A stretch of DNA of 64,000 nucleotides from Adineta vaga (lineage: Eukaryota; Animalia; Rotifera): the NCBI GenBank assembly GCA_021613535.1, contig CP075495.1, forward strand, positions 5,828,001 through 5,892,000. Direction: 5' to 3'. The translations under genes and the position numbers were made by a program. This document shows, in pieces, positions 40,835 to 53,815 of the stretch. Below the pieces are notes generated by a model, which saw nothing but the letters and a program-made list of their open reading frames with translations, was not told where the DNA came from and ran no database searches. How positions within the stretch are numbered: the stretch's first letter is position 1; each line of letters begins with the position of its first letter.

Positions 40835-41091
40835 AGAAGAGAGAGAGAGAGAATAGAATCAAAGAATAACATTACTAATGTGCTGGTGCCACTGCAGCAT
40901 TCATTAGAGAACGAGAAGAAGAAGAAGAAGAAGAAATGTAAAAAAAGAAAGAACGAAAGAAAGACCACTATTGCTCGTGAAAGAAGACGGACAATAGGAC
41001 TAGTTAGATTTATTCCTCTATCTTTCTATAATAGTACCATTTCTGCTGTAATACTCGTTCTTTTTTTCTCTTCTTGTTCTATTTCTTCTGT

Positions 41092-41122
<31 letters not shown>

Positions 41123-43915
41123 ATGCGCGCTTAGAGATTTTTACGTAACCCTTCCTCATCTCTCTTCATGGTATTCAGACGAGGGCGCTGTCGTCCGTCC
41201 ATTGCCTCCATAGCCGCCTACACAATGGCATCAACGGCTTCTACTCAGTTCGTCCGTTCGCTATCATCATACTGCATTATTCTATCTAACATATGCTTAC
41301 ATAGTATATGGTGACGTGCAAGAAAGAGAGAAAGAAGAGTAAAAAAAGAACTACCATGGTTTGCATGTATAAACATATGGATATATATATACATATACAT
41401 ATATGTAATAAATCGGCTTAGAAAAAAATTTGATAAAACCGAAAGAGCAAGTAAAAGATGATTGTATGTATCATTCTCAACAAAAGGAACAATTACAAAT
41501 AGATTATACTAATATAGATTGAAAAACGAACACTATGTCATGAAATTTTCGAAGTAACTCGTTTGAGTGATGAGAAAAAAACGTTATGACCTTTTAAGAA
41601 AACTTCTAATATCTAGATTAATGCACCTATAATAATATAATACTATTAGTAAAAGTGCTGAGAGAATATAAATTGTTGATAGTTTGATTTATATATATAT
41701 ATATATGTACATACCAATCAAACGATGATCAAGCCATCATCGAGTGTTATACACATAAGTGCAGGTCAACTGTTAGGTTATTATGTCTTTGTCAACGGGT
41801 AGCAGTAGTTAACGTAGTTGCCGTCAAAAATTCATTCATCTGAAAAAAAGTCATCGTTGAAGAAAGAAGTGAATAGAATAGAGATGAAGAAATCGAGAAA
41901 GTAATCAATGCAAGAGAACATTTTAGACAAAAGACAATTACGAACAACGAAGAAAATAAAATCGATTGATACATGGGTTACTTGATTAGAAGCGTAACAT
42001 TCTTTTTCTGGTATCAGTTAGAGACAAAAGCCATCTGTGCACGAATATCATTAAAAGAATTCTCTTTAATGAATACAGACAGTATAGAAGAAAGAAGATT
42101 GAAAAATAATAGGCAAAAATAACACAACGACAAAAGTTGTTGATGAATGTTGAAAAGTCAAGATCTTTCTCTTTCAATAGAGTTCGATCGTTTTCATTGC
42201 AGATTTGTTATCAAAATATAAAAATAAAATACGCACACACATATACGTACGAAAGATAAATTAAACAGAGTATCTCTAAGACAATTAGCATACCTTGTCG
42301 ATCTTCCATAGTTGCTCATCAATCATATTTCTCACACTGTTTTACCGTAGTCTTTCTCGCTTTTTTTCGGCTATTCATGAGACAAAACCCAATAGAGAAA
42401 TTCATATGTACACGCGTTATATACGGTGATCACCATCACGCGTGTTGTCTCATCTTTCGATCACGAATCGATTTCATTTTTCTCTCATTCTCTCATACGT
42501 ATAAATCCATATCAAACACACGACCGTCTACGGTGTTCAGTTGAGCAGTAAAGAACTCATAGGAAAAAAGTGTATGTGTGAGAGAACGATGAATGGCCCA
42601 CTGCCAAATAATATACATGCACGTATACTACTTAACATTTTTTTCTCTTACTTTGTCTCTCTATGTGAATATATATATATATATGCGTGCAAGATGAACT
42701 CATTCGACGAGGGACAGAAAAAAAGGAGTGCACCCTGACCGAGTAGCTCGCTCTTTTTCTACAATGTTGTTGTTGATGATGACGATGATGATGATGATGA
42801 AAGAATGATGGCGATAGTAGTGGCAGAATAGAGAGAACAACTCAGTTAGCCTGATGCAAAATCAACAAAAGGACTGATTCACTGTTTACATGTACATTAT
42901 GTCGTTTAAGAAGAACAAGAATATGATGTTGATGAAGAATACATAAACGTTATACTAGACCTTCGTCGACGCATCACCACCATTACAAAGAAAATTCAGC
43001 GAAATAGATTAAGAACAGCAGTAGTAGGAAATCTTCTATAGTTCAAGGTTTATATCTATATATCATTCATCTGAACATTGTTACGGTCAATCAGAAGCAA
43101 CAGAGCTCTTCTAGATAAATATACGCACTTGTTCCAGATTAATGTTAAGAAAAGAGATATTGATATCATCAGTGGATGTACATGAATAAATATAGATTTC
43201 GATAGATCAACAGTCAAGGGTAAACTAATGTTGATGACAAAAACAACAACACGACTCAATGATACATATGTATACATCTATTTATACTCTCTCACTCTCC
43301 CTATATATATATATATGCATATGTTGAGTGTTCGATAAATATCCAAATGAAAAAGGAAAAAAATTTACTTGTGATAAGAATCAGATAATATAAATTTATT
43401 CATATATTGTCAATATATATTCGATCGACGACCCACCTTTACTATCTATCTCTCTTTCTCTCGTATTCTATCATCTATATAAATATCGTTTTCGTGCTAT
43501 GTTCTCATCACCCTTTGGGCATGTTCACCACGACAACGAGACAAAAGGTCACATACATGATAAGCTTGCGTAAGCAACTGCGCGAACGTTCGTTGATCAA
43601 GGCAATATTGTTATTTCAACAAAGACAAGTCGACAGCGAGTGATTACCAATCGGTTGATTACACTGAGAATCAGAGCAACCCAATAACAATAATGATCAT
43701 CTTCGGGCAGCATATATCCAGCTGAACAAATTTTTCTTCATATTTCTTATAAGGCGGGAATAATAGAAGACGAGAAAGAGTAATGCATACACGCATTTCT
43801 TCGTACCAAGAAGAAGAAGAAGAAGCCGTCGACATGTCTGTTGATCGAATATCAAATGGCATTCATATGTAAATATGTATGTATATGTATACATATACAT
43901 ATATATATATATACA
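40835..43915. repeat. Scattered microsatellites in the tensin 5' region: (GA)n, (GAA)n, (TA)n(TG)n, (GAT)n
   Basis: Examples are (GAA)n at about 40914-40934, (TA)n(TG)n at about 41092-41122, (GAT)n at about 42775-42799 and (TA)n at about 43899-43913. Confidence 0.7.
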
Positions 43916-44062
43916 TGAACATAGATCAAAAGAAGGGAACAAAAAACTTTACATTCATCTAGAAGAAAAAAAATGCACTGTGCTAGAATAGAATAAATGT
44001 GCGAGGGTAAACTGTAAATCTTTAGATTCTCATTTGTTTTTCTTTCATTCGATTTTTCTTCA

Positions 44063-45013
44063 TTATTTTTTTAAAATATCTTCTGTTAACTGATCATAGT
44101 TCTTTGTTAAATCGAGTATATCACGATATATCCATTGACATCCTGATTCACGTAATAATTTCTCTTCAAAACCACCACAGAGAACACCAGCTATTTTTAA
44201 TTTTGCGGCTAGAGCAGCTAAATTTAAAAATTGACAATGTATTTTATCTTCAATCATAACAAATACAATGAATTTAATCTACCTTGTGCATCCCATGGTG
44301 TATCACCAACTACAATGACTCGGTCATTTGATGGATTTTTTAACAATTTCATTGCAGCTAGGAATATATCTAAAAATTCAATAGGTAGAATTGAAGGAAT
44401 GAAACTCAATTGTGAATTCTACCAGGATAAGGTTTGGATCGTTTAACATCCTTCGAATTTGAACTTGTTTGACAATCAACTAGATCACTAACTTTAGCAA
44501 TATCTTTATAGAGTTCTAATTCATCAGTTTGTGCTGATGATGCTAATGCAATGAGAATATTTCGTTGTTTAATTAATTGAAATAATTGTCGAACACCGGG
44601 AAATGGTTTAACCTTTTCCAAATAATTCTCTTGAAATAATTTTGCTTTTCGAGCTTTAATTTCTTCACTATATTTGCTAATCTGTTCTTCAGTTGCAAAC
44701 ATTGGTAATAATTGATCGGCAGCTTTACCAATTTGCATACGAACATCAGGTAGATTACATTTTATATTGTAGTGTTGTAATGCATCATACCAAGATTTTG
44801 CATGATAATCAACAGTATCAATTAATGTACCATCCACATCAAAGATGACAGCATCAAGTTCACGTCGTTTTGTTGAATAATAGCGAAATGATGTAAATAC
44901 CTAAAGAAGATTAGTTGAAAGGATAATAGTAAAAAAGTACTTATTGAAATAAAGTAGAAGAAGAAGAAGAGTACTTGAGGATGAACAACGGACGAGATAC
45001 GAGATCGAAGCAT
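44063..45013 (-). CDS. Bacterial-type HAD-family (class IA) phosphatase with putative mitochondrial presequence
   Basis: Four exons. Motif I FDVDGTLIDT, LASSA, SKPYPDIF, VGDTPWD and GVLCGGF. N-terminus MLRSRISSVVHPQ|VFTSFRYYSTKRR. Confidence 0.85.
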
Positions 45014-45464
45014 TGTTTTTGAGTTGATATATTCACAAAATCTCTCTCTTCTATCTAAGTAGCAGAAGAAGAAAATGTAAAGCGAATGATGATTCATTAA
45101 TGCATTTCTATTGGACTAATTTTAACAAATCAAAATTTGATAGGTTTTGGATTAGTATTTTTGATGGATTAAAATATTCAATAGAATTACACAATGAAAT
45201 GAAATTTATTGCATTAGAAAAATTTTTCTATAAAAATTGAGAGATCTTTCAGTTTTGAATTCTATTTGTTACTAGGACACAGACTTTATTGAGGATTGTC
45301 AAATAACTCAATCACGAGGTATGGAATGTAAGAAAAAGAATTTATAAGTTCTTTTTAATAATCCTTTCAAGTTCTTACATTTGTTTATTAACAAACAGTT
45401 GATGACTTTCGTCTGTATTGTGTACTGTTCGACTTCTTAATAGTTATTCAATATTCTAATAGCA

Positions 45465-47274
45465 ATGAGTAAAAGCCCTCAAATTTCTCTAGGCCCAATG
45501 AATTCAGCTGCCATGGCTAATCTCAATCGAATGACATTTTTAATGGCAATTTCAGAAATAACACCACAAGTTTTTATATCAGGTTTGATTTTTCATCAAA
45601 GTTTCCTTCTTATTCTTCGACTATTTTCTTTTTATTAGGTCAAATGGCAGCAACATTAGAGCAAGTACAACGATTGGGCATAACTTATATACTCGTAAGT
45701 ATCATTTTATTACAAAAATCAAAATATCGATGTTTGTTGTTTTTCGTATTAAAGAATGTTGCTGTAGAATCATCAGCTATTGTTTATCCAAAACATGTCA
45801 AATTAGAAAAATTTGACATCACTGATTTTCCTACCACACCTATCAGTCATTATTTTCATACATTAACCGATAAAATGCATGCACATCTTAGTGCTAATAA
45901 ACAAAATAAAATACTTGTTCATTGTATGGCTGGAATAAGTCGAAGTAAAACTCAAGAAGATTATATTTTCGTTTTCTAATCGAATTTTCATTTAGGTACA
46001 ACAATTGTTTGTGCTTATTTAATGCGTTTTATGAATCTATCTTTACGAGAAGCTTATTTGTTATGTAAACGACATCGACCAATTTGTTTTCCAAATTTAG
46101 GTTTTTGGAATCAATTAATTTCATATGAATTTCAATTGAAACGAGAAAATAGTGTTCGAAGTAAGTTTATTAATTTGTTTTTCATATCGATAAAATGATT
46201 TGCAAATATGTCGTTAGGACTAAATTAGATAGATAAATATGTATCAGCTATTTGTGATGCAAAGTAAATAAACTAGAAAAACAGTAGAGGGTGTGATGAT
46301 CTTGTTTTTCTTCTTCGTTTTTACCTATTCAGCTTCAATAGAGTCTATGTAAATCTCACCAAAGTGTCAATGACAATATTTGCATAGTCAAATTTGATAG
46401 ACAGCGTTTTGATTTCTTGTATCAGAAGAAACATCGAAAGCACTTTTTTTTGTAGTTCTTCAACGATATTCGATGGAAGAAATGTATTAGGTATTGAAAA
46501 GTGGATTTAAGATTCTTCTTCTTTCTTTGCTTGCCTTTTTTTTTATATTCTCTAATGAGAACTGTGATGTCTTCTTAAAATCTTCTTTTACTGAACGATA
46601 ACATTTCTATTTATTTAGTGATTTCGACTCAATTTGGACATATTCCTGATGTTGCCTATGAAGAAATCAAACAATTATATAATGAAGATCAACAACGTCA
46701 ACAACCACAACCAGCATCTTTACCGTTTTATGCTCCAACATTTGCATCAAGCAACACTAGAAGTCCTAGTATCAATACTGTTTCAAATAATAATAATTCA
46801 TATTTATCATCAAATCAGGCACGTTCAAGTCCTCGAGAGATGCCTGGCACCAATGGTTCTAGTACGGTACGATCTCGTTCATTAGCTCCTAATCTTACAA
46901 ATCGTTCATCTGTTTTGGCTGCTTCAACAAATATTAGTAATCCTGTCTATCAAACACCATTATTTGAAACTAATAAAGTAACATATTCATCTTCAACACG
47001 ACAGAATACAACCAATCGTTCCAATCCATCACCTTTAACAATAAATAATTCATCTCCATCGGGATCAAATGTTTCATCAATTTCCTATGCTGGTAATCGA
47101 AATCTTCCTATTAGTACATCACCAAATGTTAGAAGTCGTATGACTTACCATCAACAACAACAGCAACCATCAACCAATCCTGCGAATACATCATTAATGA
47201 TTGGAAATAACGATCAACGACGTTCAAATTATGAAACAACTTATCGAGCGAGCTTTATTAAGCCTTTAATTTAA
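45465..47274 (+). CDS. Atypical dual-specificity phosphatase (DUSP14/18-like) with Ser/Asn-rich tail
   Basis: Five exons in frame. VHCMAGISRST, AYLM and PNLGFWNQL. Confidence 0.88.
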
Positions 47275-47614
47275 TCAAAGAAAGAAAGAAAGATCTGTTT
47301 TACTTTATTTATTTTTATTTCTCGAATGATTTTTTTTTTATATGAGAGAAAGATCAGTATGGAATGAAATACGCCTATTTTCATGTAACTTATATTTATA
47401 TATTGTTTTCTTTTTCAAACTAGATTTATAGGCGTCAGATGACTAGTTTCTTATATTTATTTTTTCGTTTGTTTGTTTGAATTGTTAAAAAGAAAGTCGG
47501 TGCGTGTGTCAGACAGTAAAATGAGACGAAAATAATAATTAATTCTATGTATTTATCTATTTTAGACAAGTGTGTTTATTTGTATATAGTTGTAAATTTA
47601 TTCAATTATTAAGA

Positions 47615-48835
47615 ATGTTGGGTATAACAGAAGTTATTGAAAATTTATATCTATCTGGTCTTGAATCTCGTCAAGCAATATTAAATAAAGGTATTCGTTG
47701 TGTTATCAATATATCTTCCGAATGTCCGGTACAAGATCTTGGTCCATTAGTTGAATATGAAAAAGTAAGTATACTTGATGTACCAACCACATCGATACAT
47801 CCGTATTTTGATCGATTAACTGATCGTATACATCAAAATTTACAACAAGGAAAAAAAACACTGGTCCATTGATGTTGGACGATCAAGATCAGCAACTATT
47901 ATTTTAGGTAAGTTGATAAATATAGATTTCTCTATTTTTTAGTCTTAGCTAATGACTATATATATGGATATAAGAGCTGAGTAAACTATTCGGATCAATT
48001 AATTGAATGTTAGATTTTCGATAAGAAATGATTTGTTAATATTTATATTCTAGCTTATTTAATGAAGTACCAACAAATGTCATTACGTGAAGCATTCCAT
48101 TATTTACGTTCTCGGCGACATATTATTGGACCAAATTTTGGATTTATTAAACAAGTAAGTATTATTTGTATTTCTTCAATCATCTATTTATTCTATACAT
48201 ATATTTGTTTTCAGTTAATTGCGTACGAAAGATCTATATTTGGATATACAACAGTTTCATTTGTGAATACATCGTTTGGTGCTGTACCTGACATATATCT
48301 GGCAACATCAGCATCAGCTTCACGTCGACCATTAGCAGCAACAAGGACAATACCAGTTCAAAAAACAACAACAACAACAAATAATACGGCAAATACATTA
48401 GCTCGACCAAGATCATCATCCAGACCTATATTAAGTTTTTCTCCAACACGTTCAACATTTTCTTATTCATCATCACCATCATTAGCCATTCAACCACGTC
48501 AAACTTCATATGTGCAGCGTACAACAACTAGTGCATTACCAACTCGATCACCAATATTAACAAACTATTCCAATGCATATAATCAGGGTGCTACTACTAC
48601 GAATAGTATGAATAATCGTCCAGTTACATCATCTTCCAGCTATCAAACACCAGCCAATGCTAATTATCGAAGTTCTTCATACATACGACAACCACCTGAA
48701 GCAACTCGTATGAATTCCACAATCACAAAACCATTTGAATTACCACGAGAATTTTCCGTGCCAACGAAAATAACAAATCCATTTCGAACAGTGACCTATG
48801 TTCCATCATCTTACAATCGTTATCATATGCCATAG
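47615..48835 (+). pseudogene. Tandem atypical DUSP paralog with a frameshift at the catalytic Cys codon
   Basis: KTLVH is followed by TGA (47870-47872). VGRSRSAT continues in another frame. Downstream exons (AYLMKY, GPNFGFIKQL) are intact. Confidence 0.75.
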
Positions 48836-49708
48836 ATGTATCAAAAAGAAGACCAACAGTAGATCAGAGAATATTCTATTTTATCGTTCTTTTTTCTCTC
48901 TCCCTTTTGTTTCATTTGCCAGATAATTATGCTGTTCTTTCCAAACAAAACAAAACAAAACAACTGCTTTGTCTTTCTTTCTATTTGACACATACATATT
49001 CTTCTAGTAGATATTTTTGTTCATCGTTGTTATTCCATTCTCTACTTGGGAGGTGATTTTGTTCTTATTCACATCCGGTGTGTGCTTTTTCTTTTGCTTT
49101 CCATGCTCTGAATGATATTAATTGAGATTGTTATTCTTCTATGAATGCTATCTATTGTGCGAAAATACGATTCTATTTTATTTTATTTTTCTGTTTCATA
49201 TCTCGAATAATGTTTATTTTTTATTTTGATCTCAGTTAAAATAAACTATTATCAACAAATCATCACGAATATTTTGCACTTATAATAGTAGATATCATAC
49301 GTTCTCTGCATGCATCAATCGATTCGATATTTTTACATTTTATCACCATGATGAGTGTACTTAAAAATCATATGTAACATGCTTTTAAATGTAATACAAA
49401 AGAACAAAACAAAACAAAACAACAACTAACTAAATAACTGATAGTACAGATGATTCACCGAGTTTAATTTCGTTCTTTTTCTCTCTCTCTCTCTCTCTTC
49501 CTCCCTTGTTTTTTCTTTACTATATCGTTGTCATATTCGTTCTGTCCGTCCACTGTAGTCTATTTATGTTATCGAATTAATGTTATAATGCATCATGTGG
49601 AAAAATAAATGTTCGTATTCGTATGCTACTCACCTTTTATTTCGCAGATGAAAATAATTAAAAAATTGTTAGTATGACTGCAGAAACAAGCAAAGAATTT
49701 TCCAAGAA

Positions 49709-51405
49709 ATGGCCTGCTCTAGTTCGCAAACGTGCACAATCATTACACGGACATTTCGAAGAGTAAGTTGACTTAGATAAGATCAGCAGATTTGTTTATC
49801 TTCATTTTTTGTCCTTACCTTTTAAAGATATTTCAAAGTCTAAAATTACATGTGACTGTTTTCTATTTATCTTCTGACAAAGGTTTTTTCTTCTATTAAA
49901 CATACGTCCGACACTCCAAACGCTACGAAACAAAAAACGAGAGATCTCTCTTTTTGATTCTTTTTTTTAGTTTTCATTTCTAAATCGAGAAGAACCTGAA
50001 TCATTATCATTAATATCATCTTCTTTACCAACAAATACGAACTCTATTATGCAACATTGTTTATCAAAATGTGAACCTGATGTATCTATTGAGAAATACA
50101 TCTCTCCTAAAGCTTTAGAACCTTGTAAATACTGTTTTGAACAAACAAATTCTTCTCTAATAAAAGATGTTTTCAATACAAGTCGTGATCGATTATGTAG
50201 TGATCCTGTAAATGTTCCCAATCTACCGATAAAACCATTGATTCATAGTTCACAACAAGCACAACAACAATCACATTCATCTGGATATGAATCAATGTTC
50301 GGCAATGGCCTTTCTCCGGCCACTGATTATTGGAAATTGGGTAAGACAAAGCTTTTGTTTTTAACTTTATGAATTTAAAGTATCTATTTATCTCTTTTTA
50401 GGTGTTAATGATTTTTCATCATATTCGCCATCGACACAAGAAGACGAAGATCAATCAACTTATGATGGTAGTTCAATTACTGAAGGTCCCGACGACGACA
50501 TATTGAAAGATGATGATAGTCTTAACAATAATGATGTTGATGATGATGACGATACTTTCGAAGTTCTTTCATTCAATGCACCACCTGAAAGTACTCTATA
50601 CATTAAAGGTATTGATCCTATGACTCATATTTATCGAATATTATTACAATAAATGATGCAATTTTTCCATTTAGAATTCTTACATACGACATTAGCTAGT
50701 CAGAATCATGCTTGTGCTTGTTGTAATGAACTATTTTCTTCTGTATCAACTTCTTCACCACGTCGTTGTCATTATTATGGTAAATTATATTGTTCTCGAT
50801 GTCATATTGTCGATTATTCATGTATACCAGCAAAACTAATGAAAACATTTGATATGCGTCTATATCCTGTTTGTCGTCGGGCAAAATCAATACTTCAATT
50901 AAATATTTATCAACCAATTTTTGATATTCAATATGATAATGAAAATCTATATACATCGGTACCTTTATTAACGGAGATAAAAGCAATTCGAGTACAATTT
51001 CAACATTATTATGCTTATGTATCAACATGTTCACGAATTGGACATGAATTGAATGAAAAATTTTTCAAAGAATTCTATGCAAGAGATTATCTCTATCAAA
51101 GTGTACATCTATATTCTTTAGATGATCTGTTATCTTTAAAGAAAATCTTAAATATATTAACAAATGCAAGTGGACGCGCACGGCAACATATAAACCAATG
51201 TTTGATTTGTCGTGAGAAAGGTTTTACATGTGAAATATGTAAAAAACGTCATGATATACTTTATCCATTTGATGATATCAAAATCATTGCACAATGTGAT
51301 CGATGTTCAAATATATATCATCGACAATGTTGGGAAAATATTGATCATGATTGTCCAAAATGTTATCGAATAATTCAACGACAATATGAACAAGAATTAT
51401 TATGA
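49709..51405 (+). CDS. Rubicon-homology (zf-RING_9) domain protein, DEF8/PLEKHM1/Rubicon family
   Basis: Four exons from the ATG at 49709. CACC...RRCHYYGKLYCSRCH, IPA, HINQCLICREKGFTCEIC, LYPF, HRQC and CPKC. Confidence 0.82.
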
Positions 51406-51879
51406 ACAAAATATTCTATTGAAATTTCTTTGTTTATGAAGGAATCTCATTTATTTCATATGTTGTTTTTCTCTTGTCACTTGTATACATACAGAACATC
51501 GTTCATATAAATCATTCTCCGATATTTTTTTTATTCGATATTTTCGAAATCGGTGTATAAATTTGATTTACTTTATTAAAATTTCATACCAATTACATCT
51601 GTATATGAATTTCTAAGAGATCAATGATATAATAAAATTAGATGTAGCATCTATTTTTCTCGAAAGTTCTTCTATAAATCATTCATACGCAATTATTTTA
51701 TCTGTTATCAATTACCTGGAAAATATATTTACCATTTTTTTTTATTATTCGTAATAAATAACAACGATGCATCTACAATTACACGACACCTGGAAAAACA
51801 AACGATTCTATATCTGTTTTTATGCAAAATGACTATAGAGTAAAAGATCAAACGTTACATTAGGTGTACTCAATGACTT

Positions 51880-52691
51880 CTATTTTCGACTAGTTGGATT
51901 ACAAAATATTGAATGAACATCTGCATCCATCATTCGACACATTTGACTACAATATCTACAATAGAGAAAAGAAAATGTAGAGTTCAATAATTTGAATGAG
52001 AATCTTCTGTGTTATATTTACTTAATTTTGTTACATTGAAGACATTTAAACTGTTCATTGATTAATAAATGTGTACATGGTGCATGATGACATTCATATA
52101 GACTAGATTCAGAGACTACTGAATTATGATAATCAACTTCATCCATATCGACAGGTAAATTCGAAAGAATATTCCAATAAAAACTTGTTAATAAAGATGA
52201 TTTTATGGGTAAATAAATCATATTATTTGGTATTATTAATAAATTTTCTAAACGATTATCCATTGTAATATCATTTCGATGAAAAATATGATAATTTTCA
52301 GGAACTAAACGTTGATTAAAATATTCCCTAAAATAAACAAAAATTCGATCGAAATGAAGGAATATTTTCGTTAATTTTATATCTACCAAATTAAATTCTG
52401 TAGGAGAATATCGTCGAAATCATCATTTGCTACAACCATCAATTGATGATTCACATGTTTAATCTATTATTCATTCAATAAAAATTAGGAAAAAGATTTC
52501 TTCTAACAAATGATCATACTTTCAATTGAAATATCTTCAAAAGAGGAATACAAAATGTATCAATTAGACAATATTTTATCTAAAATAAATAAAAATTTGA
52601 ACTTTTTCTTTTTCTATAATATTCTTCTTACTTTGCCAGCAAAAGATCCTAGTTTGATAATACTTGGTGTATTGAATCGAATTTCATCCAT
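51880..52691 (-). CDS. ZMYND19: Zinc finger MYND domain-containing protein 19
   Basis: Five exons. IIKLGSFAGKIKYCLID, HRNDITMDNRLENL (HNH-like), YECHHAPC and a MYND-like CLQC...YCSQMC...H..FC. Confidence 0.78.
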
Positions 52692-53815
52692 GTTCGCTTG
52701 TTTTTTACTTGGATATAGACAGACAGATGCTGCTTGGCACCATTAAGTTTAATCATCAAATGTGAGAACGAGAAAAAAATGAGTCGCTTGATACTGCAAA
52801 TCGTAGAGGTCATTTCTTCATCGCGTTTTTTTTCTCTCTTTCTCTTTCGAGAGAATGTCTAAAAAAAGCATTGAACGAAGGTCAAACAGATGTGTTTGAT
52901 GTTCTTATCATCATAAGATCAGACTTTTTTTTTCTATTTCTATATATCAAAGAATGATCTGTACATGCAATATGAACATATGATAGGTTGAAAAAAACAT
53001 ACGAATTAATATATTTTCAATTCTCTATTTATACTTTTATTGCATAGATTAATGTTAATATACATGAAAGATAATAAAAATAAAAATATATCTTCAATGC
53101 AAGGTAGATAAATGTGTAAAATTTAAAAAGACACTGTGTCATGATAACAAATGTCCTAAATATAGATGCAAGTACTTTGGAAAATTTTGACCAAATCATC
53201 ATATTACACATCGTAATCGAGTTTTGGTGAATGTTTACAACTGATAAGAATCCTTCTATCTTAAGAAAGACTAAGTCCATTGGACTTTGATTCATTGTTT
53301 TCACAACTAGAACATCCTGAATTCTTAAAAAGTCGAGCAAAAAAAATAGAATAATTTAAATTATCAATGTCTTTCAGCTCATCATTATAATTATAAATTC
53401 TATTCATGACATATTCACATTCGTACTTTAAGAATTATGAATTATGAATTATGTTTCATTAGTTAGGTTATTGCAACCGGAAAAAAAATTGATTTTTATC
53501 CTTCAAATGACAGTCATTTATCATTCAACAGCTAAATGAATTGTCGTCATATACGTGAAAAATAGGCAGAGAATTAGATTCTTTTTCTTCTTTTCCTACT
53601 CAAGTCAATGTATATATTATCGTGTCGAGCACAGTATTTTTCACCTTTATAGGTTCGAAACAAGTATATAATCTAAGTCGAATGTATAGAAAAAAGCCAT
53701 GCTTGATTACTTGTAACTAATATTTTTCTGTTTTCCTCGTCATCAACGAGAAAAAAAGGAGAAACAAACGAAAATATGAAGAAAAAAATACCAATCAAAG
53801 TAGTCAATATTAAGG

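Noticed and set aside
47870-47872. TGA in place of the DUSP catalytic Cys read as selenocysteine
   Set aside because: The conserved GxxRS residues continue in a different frame, so read-through would give unrelated sequence. A 2-nt deletion explains it.
49674-49762. ATG at 49674 as the start of the RH-domain gene
   Set aside because: It ends in phase 2 and meets a stop after the next acceptor. The ATG at 49709 splices in frame.
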